This document shows, in pieces, positions 41,550-56,511 of a DNA stretch of 64,000 bases. The notes under the pieces are model-generated. The model was not told where the DNA came from, searched no databases, and saw only the letters and a program-made list of their open reading frames with translations. Positions within the stretch are counted from its first letter, which is position 1. The number at the start of each line of letters is the position of its first letter. A program made the translations under genes and the position numbers. Source of the stretch: Anthoceros angustus (lineage: Eukaryota; Plantae; Anthocerotophyta); assembly GCA_010909165.1 (NCBI GenBank), contig MU008183.1, positions 682,001-746,000 on the forward strand, read 5' to 3'.

Positions 41550-42268
41550 GTAGGCACCGCACCGCTGTGCACGGTACTACTCGTGTTCTGTCTACCCAGC
41601 TCGCACGACTCGCGAGTCGCGACTCACGATTCACAGGCTTCCAGCCGGCAGCCGGCAGCCAGCTAATCCAGGACTCAGATTTTTCCTTGTAGCAATTGGA
41701 GGCATCTCCGATGGAAAATGGCAAATCGGCGTGCTCCAGTCGCACATGTCCAGGCCGGCAGGGTGAGATGAGCAAGCACGCATTCTGACGAGAAGGCCGG
41801 CGAGGCGCGTTTTCATGGTGTATATATAAGGATCCAAGTTTTCCGCGGCCCGTGAATGCTTTTACAAGTAGAAGCTTACGTCGGCCGCAATTTCGAGGCC
41901 GTGATATCATGGATGGGCGGCTGCACTTCTCACAAGCTCGTACATCGGTGTACAGGACAATACAAGGTGCGCAAGCTTGTTGAGAGCAGCTCAACCTGTC
42001 TCGGAACAAATCGCTGGCCTTTGGGAGTGCTTTGATGTCGGAAACAGACCAAGCCCGCAAGCCCTTCATTATGACGAACCCTATACCAAGGTTGTCAGTA
42101 TGCCAGCTGAAGCTTGGCTAGTGTGATAATGTACTTTCTATTATGAAATGCAACACATATTGCTTGAGCTAGTGTATGATTCTCATGGTATCACAGCACA
42201 CCAATGTACATTGGAAGAATGTGGTTTGCTAATCGAGCCAAGCAGCAATGCCTTGGACAGTGGCCGCA
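41550..42268. repeat. Dispersed duplicate of 46172-46838; may contain a Ty3/gypsy integrase C-terminal remnant
   Basis: Shared sequence from gtaggcaccgcaccgctg to ctaatcgagccaagcagcaatgccttggacagtggccg. Second copy translates HKLVHRWRGQYKVCKLV, resembling the KLxxRWxGPY motif (weak). Confidence 0.7.
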
Positions 42269-42459
42269 GTGGTAGAAGGACTGAGCGTGTTCCCACCTAG
42301 AATGGTGTCCAACAGGGCGAACACAATAGCCTCGCTCGAAACTGTGTGAACCGCCTCAGCTTCATCCGCTTGCACCTGAAACAGAAGCACGGTCAGACTT
42401 GTTAGTTCTTGGCAACAAAGTTGGACATGGCACGGTGAAAGTTTTCCAAGAAATCCATG

Positions 42460-43150
42460 TATTACAGTGGTTGGGGAACGTGAGTGGGTACCTTGAGCTG
42501 GAGGAGGGAGGGAGTGGGGAAGGCGTAGAGCACGGTGGAGCCCAGTTGGGAGATGGGCTGGAAGAAGTGCACCAGCTCCTGGAGTGCCTTCTCTTCGGCC
42601 TCGCCCAGCTTGCCTTCCTTCACCAGCCTCTCCTTGATGGAGGCCTCTACTTGGCTTCCGTACAGGGGACCCGGCGCTGGGCCCAGAAGCAGCAACACCT
42701 TCACAAACTTCTCCACAGGCGCTGCAAACGTTTGAATTCGTCAAACAGCTTGTCAGCTCACATGACAGGATCAGCCCATGATCATGCCATGGACTGGTGT
42801 TACAGCAAGTCTACATGATGTGGAAGGGGATCACCCCCGGTACCTTTGATCAAGGCGGTGAAGAAGGCATTGTCCCTTGCCAGATCGTCGGCAGACTTGC
42901 CTTTCCAGGCTTGGAGGTGGGAAGTCACCTCCTTCTCCATGTAGACGTCCAGTTGGGCCACCTTGAGCTGCTGTCCTTCGATGTTCTTCTCTTCCACACC
43001 TGCAAGCATGCCCAGATGAAAATGGTTCACATACGAAACACGGAATTCCTGCGAGCAGAAGAGTAGAAGTGCAAAACTTGGCCAGTCAACAAGAGTAGTG
43101 TTGAGGAGTGGTACCGTGGCCGGCGAGGTGGAGGGTCTTGGAGCTAGGTG
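42460..43150 (-). pseudogene. Degenerate coding remnant of an unidentified protein
   Basis: Protein-like frames (FHLGMLAGVEEKNIEGQQLKVAQLDVYMEKEV...DDLARDNAFF; EKFVKVLLLLGPAPGPLYGSQVEASIKERL) broken by stops and frameshifts. Confidence 0.4.
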
Positions 43151-43257
43151 CAAGGATGGTTGCCTGGATCTCTCCGGTCCGAGCCATCACAATTTTCTGT
43201 TCGGAAAAATGCAACATACATGTCAAGTCTGCCTGCAAACATTCCAAGTTCAAACGA

Positions 43258-43330
43258 CCACGAACTACACAATGCAATGCCATGCAACGAACTACACAAT
43301 GCCATGCCACGAACTACACAATGCCATGCC
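43258..43330. repeat. About 22-27 bp tandem repeat, 3 copies
   Basis: acgaactacacaatgc(a/c)atgcc repeated. Confidence 0.85.
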
Positions 43331-44322
43331 ATAGGTACCAGATTGAAAACGAGCGTAGCAAACTGATGCAGAGCGACGAGAGAGTGACCGATGTCGAGGA
43401 GGCCTGGAGCTTAGAACCTGGAGAGATTTGATGAGCTTCAAAAGCAAATGCAGATGTAAACGGCAGAGGAGATTGTTCTGTCATGGGACTCGAGCAGCCC
43501 GGCATTTATTCATCACACTGGCCGTTGAGTCCACTATATCCAGTCACCAGTGTCTCACTTATTTGTTATGACTGCAAAAACCACGAAAGTGCAAGGAAAG
43601 CGAGGAAAGACGAGTCGACCCATTGGGCACTTGCCATCTCATCGCTTCCGACGCTTCCAGAACTTGGCAGCCACTCTCATTGGCTGGTTACACCTTACAA
43701 CTTCTACTTCCTGCTTGTCGTGGTTCACCTACATCGTCGACCTGGCAGCGTGGAACCTTCCTTTGCTTGCAGGATTTTCGGTCTTTCATCAACGAGTAGC
43801 AAACCTGGCATCCCCAGGGATGGTGCAGACGCAACCCAGTTGTATGTGGGCTCCAAAAGCTGCAATACACATTACTGTATCACAGACAAGTCCTTCTAGT
43901 ATTCCTGTTCATCGGGGGTCATCAAAGCCGACTTCATCTGCTGCAAATTCCTGAGCCCCTACACTAATTCATCAGGAGCAGGACCTCAACAAGCCCGGCA
44001 AGGATTCTCATGAAGCAGGGCATGGCATTGCCTGGAATGATTCACGAGAAGACATTTGCATCACCGAATGTCAATCAATGACCCGCCTCGATATCCAGCA
44101 GGAGAAGACTATGCAGTCCACACCTTCCTGCAGATACAGACTCAGTGCCCGACTGAGTCTGACTTTTGTCCCAGAAAATAGGTCAATCAATCCTTCGTGG
44201 TTCGCCTGCTGCTGCCGCTGCGATTGCCTGGAATCCAGCTCCGTCTCGCTCTTTGCCGTCTCTGCGAACGAGAGGCAAGAGTCGTTCTTGTTGTGTTCGC
44301 GTCTCAACAGACGGCCTTGCAA

Positions 44323-44545
44323 TGAGGGCCGTACGGAGCGCTCTGAAGGTTGCCCAGCAGATCCGCAAGGACGTGACCTCAGGGCAGCGAGAGGCAGCTC
44401 CTGGCCGCAGCAGGTGCGGCGGCTTGGATCCACCTCGCAGCCGGCCGTTTGAGGACAAGAACACCCGCGTCATCTGCCAGGACATCACAGGCAAGAGCGG
44501 GACCTTGCACACGCAACAGGCCATCGGGTACGGGACAAACATGGT
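44323..44545 (+). pseudogene. Truncated succinyl-CoA ligase alpha-subunit exon 1 (transit peptide plus N-terminus)
   Basis: ...RRLGSTSQP.. / [33 protein letters not shown] matches the conserved [31 protein letters not shown]; frameshifted, and no downstream exons seen. Confidence 0.85.
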
Positions 44546-45189
44546 GCTTTCCTCTGAATGTTTTGATCCTTTTAGGCATGGGGTGGTTAACGGGGGAATG
44601 TGCTGCTTTGCCTTGCCTTGGCTGATCTCATCTCATCTGCCGTGCTTTGCTGTTTTGTGGGGGCTGCGCTACAAGGAGGCAGTCCGCATAGGATGAACGA
44701 CTATGTCTACTTGTGTGGTGTGGATTTCGAAGTGCTCTGTTTGCGTTTTCAAGCGAGGCAGTCGATCAGGATGGCCACAGAACAAACTGCGGAGCAAGCC
44801 ATAATCTAGCACAGAGGAAGCAGAGGAAGAGGGAAGAGGGCCACAAGAGTAACTTGTTCAGGCAAAAGATTTGGAGGTTCATCAATGCGAGGAGTTTTTG
44901 AGCTTTTTGAAGCGAAGGTGAGAGTTAAGCATGATAACAAGAAGCTGATTCTCGAGTTCCCTTCCTGTTACGATGTTTGGCTCTCATCTTTCGTCTCGAA
45001 GAGCTCAAAAGTTCCTCCTCCATCTTGAACGTTCCTCTTTTGCCTGTACGAGTTACTATGTGGCATTCTTAGCCTGCTCTGATGCCCTCCTACCTTTTAT
45101 GGCTTGCTGCGTGGCTTGCTCTGGGGCTTCCTTGGCTTGCTCTGGGGCCTCTGGCCTCTGGCTTAGAAATGAATCTTGAACTCTGAGTG

Positions 45190-45635
45190 AAGTCCAGGAT
45201 ATCCTCACCAACTTGGAATGGTGCAAAACGTGGAGAACTGCAACATGCGCGCAAGGTTCTTGACATCACTAACACAAAGGATGTGGTGGCATGGAATGCA
45301 AGTTGGTTGCTGAGTAAAAAAAAGTGTGAACTGGAGGATGTACACCAGGTTTTTGATAGCATGGCCACAAAGGATTGCTGGATATGTACAGCAATGGCTC
45401 GGACATGAAGCGCTTGTTCTGTATGGACAAATGGAGAAGGAGGACCTCATTGTGGCCGATGATGTTACTTTTGCTTGCCTGTGGACGGTTTGTTGCCTTC
45501 CAGAAGGGCAGGAAGCTGCACTCCAAGATTGTGGAAAGAGGACTAGTGGACAACGTATTGCCGGGCACCTGCCCGGTGGACATGTATGGTGAGTGTAATG
45601 AATTGAAAGACGCACGCTCGGTGTTTACAGCATGA
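45190..45635 (+). pseudogene. PLS-class PPR gene fragment
   Basis: GELQHARKVLD...DVVAWNA; ELEDVHQVFDSM; DDVTFACL; KLHSKIVERGL...VDMYGECNELKDARSVF; frameshifted. Confidence 0.85.
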
Positions 45636-45990
45636 TAATGACTTGTCTCAGCTTGGAGCCTTCATGTACAGTATGTAGCTACCTTCCCAGATTCAAAAGC
45701 TGCCTGCCACATTTGCACATGCCCGAAGGAGGCACCTAAATTCACCTAATCTATTTTATTTATTTAGCTTTCTCACTGGCTTTGAGAGGGATCTCATTTA
45801 CAGAATTCCCAAGTAGGGAGGGCCGCCTGTACTTGTATTGCGAACTAAAACCGAGGGGGAAAGAAAACTGTGCGGAAAAGAGAACGAGACAGTGTAAAAG
45901 AGAATTTGCGTGGTTAGATTGAAGCTTGTATAGTAGAGCAGGTGGCTCTCGCGGCAACGGTACTCAAAGGGAGATGAGATAGATACCATT

Positions 45991-46103
45991 GAGGATGGCA
46001 AGGGGGCAGAGGATGGCAAGGGAGCAGAGGATGGCAAGGGAGCAAAGGATGGCAAGGGAGCAAAGGATGGCCAGGGAGCAGAGGGTGGCAAGGGAGCGAA
46101 GGA
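45991..46103. repeat. 18-bp minisatellite gaggatggcaagggagca, about 6 copies
   Basis: Directly visible; encodes EDGKGA repeats on the plus strand. Confidence 0.95.
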
Positions 46104-46894
46104 TGTGTCTGCCTTGCTGCCATGCTGGCTAAGAGCTCTGCTAACACGAGATGTCTGCATATTCTAATAAACGTAGGCACCGCACCGCTGTACTTGGTAC
46201 TACTCGTGTACCGTGTATCCACCTCGCACGCACGACTCGCGAGTCGCTACTCACGATTCACAGGCTTCCAGCCGGCAGCCGGCAGCCAGCTAATCCAGGA
46301 CTCAGATTTTTCCTTGTAGCAGTTGGAGGCATTTCCTATGGAAAATGGCAAATCGGCGTGCTCCAGTCGCACATGTACAGCCCGGCAGGGAGCGATGAGC
46401 AACCACCATTCTGACGTTTCCGGCAATAAAGAAGGCCGGCGAGGAGCCTTTTCAGGGTGTATATATAAGGATCCATGTTTTCCGCGGCCCGTGGATCATT
46501 TTACATGTAGAAGCTTAGGGCGGCGGCAATTTCGAGGCCGTGATATCATGGATGCGGGGCTCCACTACTCACAAGCTCGTACATCGGTGGAGAGGACAAT
46601 ACAAGGTGTGCAAGCTTGTTGAGGACAGCTCAACATGTCTCGGAACAATCGCTGGCCTTTGGGGGTGATTTGATGTCGGAAACAGACCAAGCTCGCAGCC
46701 CTTTATTATGACGAACCCTACACCAAGCTTCTCAGCATTGAAGCTGAAGCTTGGCTATTGTGATAACATGTGCACATTGCACATGGAAGGATGTGGTTTG
46801 CTAATCGAGCCAAGCAGCAATGCCTTGGACAGTGGCCGTCAAGAATCCGTCTGTTATGGTGCTACTCTGTTAGTGGTCCCACTCCGTTAGTGGA

Positions 46895-47060
46895 CCTCAG
46901 GGCAGCGAGAGGCAGCTCCTGGCCGCAGCAGGTGCGGCGGCTTGGATCCACCTCGCAGCCGGCCCTTTTCGAGGACAAGAACACCCGCGTCATCTGCCAG
47001 GGCATCACAGGCAATAACCTTGCACACGCAACAGGCAATCGGGTACGCGACAAACATGGT
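46895..47060 (+). pseudogene. Second, 5'-truncated succinyl-CoA ligase alpha exon fragment
   Basis: [16 protein letters not shown]...[13 protein letters not shown]; near-copy of 44377-44545. Confidence 0.8.
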
Positions 47061-47734
47061 GCTTTCCTCTGAATGTGTTGATCCTTTTAGGCACGGGGTG
47101 GTTAACGGGGGAATGTGCAGCTTTGCCTTGCCTTCGCTGATTTCATCTCATCTGCCGTGCTTTGCTGTTTTGTGTGGCCTACGGTACAAGGAGGCAGTCC
47201 GCATAGGATGAACGACTATGTCTTCTTGTATGGTGTGGATTTCGAAGTGCTCTGTTTTCGTTTTCAACCGAGGCAGTCGATCAGGATGGCCACAGAACAA
47301 ACTGCGGAACAAGCCATAATCTAGCACAGGGGAAGCGAGGAGGGGGAAAGAGGGCCACAAGAGGAACTTATTCAGGCAAAAGATTTGGAGTTTCATCAAT
47401 GCGAGGAGTTTTTGAGCTTTTTGAAGCGAAGGTGAGAGTTAACCATGATAACAAGAAACTGATTCTCGAGTTCCCTTCCTGTTACTATGTTTGGCTCTCT
47501 TCTTTCGACTTGAAGAGCTCAAAAATTCCTCGCAGTGTTTCTGGCTTGAGGAGCTCAAGCCTCCTACGTCTTCAACGCTCCTCTTTTGCTTGTATGAGTT
47601 ACTATGTGGCATTCTTATCTTGCTCTGCTGCCCTCCTAGCTTTTATGGCTTGCTCCGTGGCTTGCTCTGGGGCTTCCTTGGCTTGCTCTGGGGCTTCTGG
47701 CCTCTGGCTTAGAAATGAATCTTGAACTCTGAGT

Positions 47735-48262
47735 GAAGTCCAGGATATCCTCCGCAACTTGGGGAATGGTGCAGAACGTGGGGAACTGCAACATGCGCGC
47801 AAGGTTCTTGACATCACTAACACAAAGGATGTGGTGACATGGAATGCAAGTTGGTTGCTGGGTAAAAAAAATGTGTGAACTGGAGGATGCACACCAGTTT
47901 TTTGACAGCATGGCCACAAAGGATTGCTGGATATGTACAGCAAGGGCTCGGACATGAAGCGCTTGTTCTGTATGGACAAATGGAGAAGGAGGACCTCATT
48001 TTGGCCGATGATGTTACATTTGCTTGCCTGTGGACGGTTTGTTGTCTTTACTGAAGGGCAGGCAACCGCACTCCAAGACTGTGGAAAGAGGATTTGCTTG
48101 CCTGTGGACGGTTTGTTGTCTTTACTGAAGGGCAGGCAACCGCACTCCAAGATTGTGGAAAGAGGACTAGAGGACAACGTATTGCTGGGCACCTGCCTGG
48201 TGGACATGTATGCTGAGTGTAATGAAGTGAAAGACGCACGCTCGGTGTTCACAGCATCATGA
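47735..48262 (+). pseudogene. Second PLS-class PPR fragment (duplicate of 45190-45635 with a small internal duplication)
   Basis: KIVERGLEDNVLLGTCLVDMYAECNEVKDARSVF. Confidence 0.85.
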
Positions 48263-48628
48263 TGACTTGTCTCAGCCTGGAGCCTTTCTTCTATAATTTG
48301 TGGATGTAGCTACCTTCCCAGATTCAAAAGCTGCCACATTTGGACATGCCCGAAGGAGGCACCTAAATTCACCTAATCTATTTAATTTATTTAGCTGTCT
48401 TTAATTTTTCTCATTGTTTTTGAGAGGGATCTCATTTACAGAATTCCTAAGTAGGGAGGGCCGCCTGTACTTGTATTGCGAATTAAAACTGTGCGGGAAA
48501 GAAAACTGCGCGGAAAAGAGAACGATACCCTTTAAAAGAGGATTTGCGTGGTTAGATTGAAGCTTGTATAGTAGAGCAGGTGCCTATTGCGTCAACGGTA
48601 CTCGAAGAGAGATGAGATAGATACCATT

Positions 48629-48832
48629 GAGGATGGCAAGGGAGCACAGGATGGCAAGGGAGCACAGGATGGCAAGCGAGCAGAGGATGGCAAGGGAGCA
48701 CAGGATGGCAAGGGCGCGAAGGATGGGCAAGGGAGCGAAGGATGGGCAAGGGAGCGAAGGATGGGCAAGGGAGCGAAGGATGGGCAAGGGAGCGAAGGAT
48801 GGGCAAGGGAGCGAAGGATGGGCAAGGGAGCA
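48629..48832. repeat. 18/19-bp minisatellite (ggatg(g)gcaagggagc.a), about 11 copies
   Basis: Five 18-bp units followed by about six 19-bp units. Confidence 0.95.
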
Positions 48833-48835
48833 AGA

Positions 48836-48935
48836 GGAAGATTTCCCTGCCGGAAAGAGCATCAGTCAGCGTACACGCTCTCATGCTCGGGAAGCCATGC
48901 CGCTGACTGATGCTCTCTCCGGCAGGGAGATTTCC
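48836..48935. repeat. Near-perfect 30-bp-stem hairpin
   Basis: 48842-48871 tttccctgccggaaagagcatcagtcagcg pairs with 48901-48930 cgctgactgatgctctctccggcagggaga (1 mismatch, 1 G:U on plus strand), 29-nt loop. Confidence 0.9.
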
Positions 48936-49029
48936 TCAGAAGGTGTGCCCTACTCGCCATGTGACCTACCGTCACGAGAATACACTGTCGGCCGGTCGGC
49001 ACTGTGAAGCTCGGAATTATATATTCGTA

Positions 49030-50000
49030 AGGAAACCCCTGATAACGATGGGCAACTGGCCTTGTACATAAGTCATGATTCAGGGGAAGAAGGATGTCGC
49101 CCGGTTGTTGATCGAGGAGAAAAGGAAAGACAGGGAGCTGCTTGCCTCTAAGAAAGGAAGAATTGCCGAAGAAAGTTGATGCAAGGGTTCTGAATCTCGA
49201 GCAGCAGGTGGAGGTCATACTCAGCTTCAACTGAATCTTCACATTCCCGGATTCCGATCTTAAGAGCAAGCTGTCTCTTCACCTCAAGGTGCAAGTTGTG
49301 TGATCCGGCCAGCTGTAACATGGAGCAGAATTGCTTTCCGCAGCACCATCGACATAGGCACAAAGCTAAAATCGGTGTTTGAGAGTCTCAAAGTGGGCCA
49401 CAAGTCTAGAAAACAGCTTCAGAATGAAATCAGCATTAAGGCTAAAGCTCATGTGATGGTACCGCAGAAGCGAAGGCCTGCCAGGATGTAAGACACCATC
49501 ACACATGCGTTCCTACTTAGCCAGGTTGTTGTCTGGAGGGGGATTTCTTGAAGTACATTAACCTCTTCCTGTTTGCATACCCACGCTCTTTCGAAATACA
49601 CGTTTCTGGCAGGGTCACCTCGTCAGTTAATTTAATGGGTAACAATGTTTGCAGGCTCTCATTGAGGTTCTCGAGGCGGAGAAGATGTTTTGGCAGAGTT
49701 TGAATAACTTCAAACTCAAGTACGTGCTTACTTTCCGATAGCAGCTGGTGTCATGCCCTGCCCGTAACAAAGATTTGTCTGCCTGTTTAAGATGCATTGC
49801 TATTCCAAACTGACCGCTTGGCAGACGGAGGTTGAGGAGGTCTCTGAAGTGCCAGTACCAGAGATCCTATACCAACCATTGCCGAAGAGGCAGAATCACT
49901 CAGCAAGAGACTACAGACACACGCAGATGGAGAGACGTCCGAGGGAAGTAGTTTACCCAGGCAAGATGAAAATCTGAACTCTATGAAAGAAAGAGTTGAC
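49030..50000 (+). pseudogene. Possible degenerate multi-exon gene remnant, unidentified
   Basis: Exon-like cag|ALIEVLEAEKMFWQSLNNFKL|gt at about 49656-49720 and coiled-coil-like frames upstream; several stops. Confidence 0.3.
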
Positions 50001-50603
50001 AGGAGGTGTGGATCCGGAGGAGGAACTAGATTCACAAAGCGTGCCGACCAACTCGCTTGTTGTGCACGAGGACTCGAACAAAGATCTGAATGAGATGAAC
50101 CTGTTTCTCTGCGTTCCTGAAGGACCCAGAAAAACAGTTCAGGGACGCAGAAAAACAGGTGGGGAGGCTTCGTTTCGGTTAATGTTTCGCAGGCGGTCTG
50201 AGCATACAGCAAGTGTTCATCGTAGGAAGTCTCTTATTCCAGAAGAGAGACCGTGAAGGTATTACAGTGTGTTTATACCAGTAGTGAGATGGGGGTAGGG
50301 CCAGGCTGCCTAGGCAGGCCTGATCCCTTTACTGTGAGAATTAGTTAACAAGACCTCTTCGTAAACCTCTTTTACGGGAGTGGGGGGCATGTTAGGGGTA
50401 GGAGAGCGAACGCGGCGAACCTGCCTTGTGGCCGGCGGTATGCTAAATGGTCGCTTAACAGCCCAAACGGTCAGGTCGGTGAAGGCTCCGCTACCGCAGT
50501 AGAAAGGCCGTGAGACTCCACTGTGCTGCTACCATGAAAGGCAGGGAGGCTCCAGTGTGCTGCTACCATCTGTGTGAAGGGAGCTGGAGGGGAAGATGGC
50601 AGC

Positions 50604-54610
<4,007 letters not shown>

Positions 54611-56511
54611 TTTGCGCTACTTACAGAGTTCCCTTTGAAAATGCAAACAAGTGAACAAGGTTAGGAACTTTGATCAAAGTCGATGTGATGACAAATGGAA
54701 ATGCTGACAGAGCTCCCATGGGATGGGGTCTCCACCTGATGGTTTTCTGCTCGTTGGTATAGGATTGATGTCACTGCCTAGTGGTGTTTGATCGAAAACC
54801 GTCTGGATCTCTTGGCCACGCATCTCTCTGAATTTTCTCTCACTGGTTTGCTTAGCTAAAGGTCTTGAATAGAAGCCTTCACAAGTTGATTTATCTGCAG
54901 GCACAAACATCCAACGTTCACTTACGACTGCCAAATCGTCTGACGCTAGCTTCTTCTTTGTGGAACCTACATACTCGTGGTTGCTGTCAGAAACAGAACA
55001 ATCGTGGAAAGCTGAAGGTGGTTGATATCTCAGTACCAACGAGCAGAGTAAAGCATCAAAACTGTGCATAGCAAGAGTATTTCCCACACTTGCGCAGCGA
55101 CTTTACATATTTTGGGGCTACCACCGGCCGAGGGTGGCCCGAAGACTAAAGCACTCAGAGAGCCATGGTCTAACATAACAGGCTGCTCCAGGAATGAGAC
55201 ATCTACACAAGAGCTATGCTGCTGTCTCCACCTGGTGGCTTCCGGATTCCACCTATAGAGTCTCGTGGAGGAGGTCTCTCATCGGCAAAGATATCACTGC
55301 CAGTCATCTCTTTCAGTTTTGCTTGACTGAGAGCCTTCTCCACCGATAGAGTAGGAGTTTCGTCCTTGAAAATGTTGCTCCCGGTGAGCTCAGCCAGCTT
55401 CTGAACACTAGGACGACCCTAATCTGTTGATCGAGATTAGTGCGTCCAAAAGAATGGAAGTAACAAAATGACATTGTACTGAAAGAATCGCTACACTAAT
55501 ACCTGAGGAACCTGAAGATCGTCTTATCAAAAACTTTTGCGAATGTGGTGAGTGATGCGCGAAATCACCATATGTCAATCCTTTTCCTAGTCCTGACTGA
55601 AGGCATATTGCCGCTCGTGTGAATAGACAGCCCCCACATACCAAGGAAAGCTGACAGGCAGGTTGGCAGCTGTTGGATTGTACTGTCCCTGGTAGTTTTC
55701 ACTGACGCTGCTACGAAGGCGCTCACAACCAGGAGCGGCCTTTTCAAAGCTGTTGCTGATTCCTCCAGTAGTTGGCCAGAATGTCGTATACATCTGCTGA
55801 GCTGCTCATGGAGTTTCACAAGGGCTGCTGTGAACTCTATGCGGGATTCCGAGCAATGCAGTTTTGCCAAACAGAAGCTCGATCAGGAAATATACCACTG
55901 CCCATCATCTCCCTCAGCTTTGCGCTACTTACAGAGTTCCCTTTGAAAATGCAAACAAGTGAACAAGGTTAGGAACTTTGATCAAAGTCGATGTGATGAC
56001 AAATGGAAATGCTGACAGAGCTCCCATGGGATGGGGTCTCCACCTGATGGTTTTCTGCTCGTTGGTATAGGATTGATGTCACTGCCTAGTGGTGTTTGAT
56101 CGAAAACCGTCTGGATCTCTTGGCCACGCATCTCTCTGAATTTTCTCTCACTGGTTTGCTTAGCTAAAGGTCTTGAATAGAAGCCTTCACAAGTTGATTT
56201 ATCTGCAGGCACAAACATCCAACGTTCACTTACGACTGCCAAATCGTCTGACGCTAGCTTCTTCTTTGTGGAACCTACATACTCGTGGTTGCTGTCAGAA
56301 ACAGAACAATCGTGGAAAGCTGAAGGTGGTTGATATCTCAGTACCAACGAGCAGAGTAAAGCATCAAAAACTGTGCATAGCAAGAGTATTTCCCACACTT
56401 GCGCAGCGACTTTACATATTTTGGGGCTACCACCGGCCGAGGGTGGCCCGAAGACTAAAGCACTCAGAGAGCCATGGTCTAACATAACAGGCTGCTCCAG
56501 GAATGAGACAT

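Noticed and set aside
50297-50325. Short palindrome around ctgcctaggcag
   Set aside because: Only 12 bp perfect; compatible with chance, and no associated termini.
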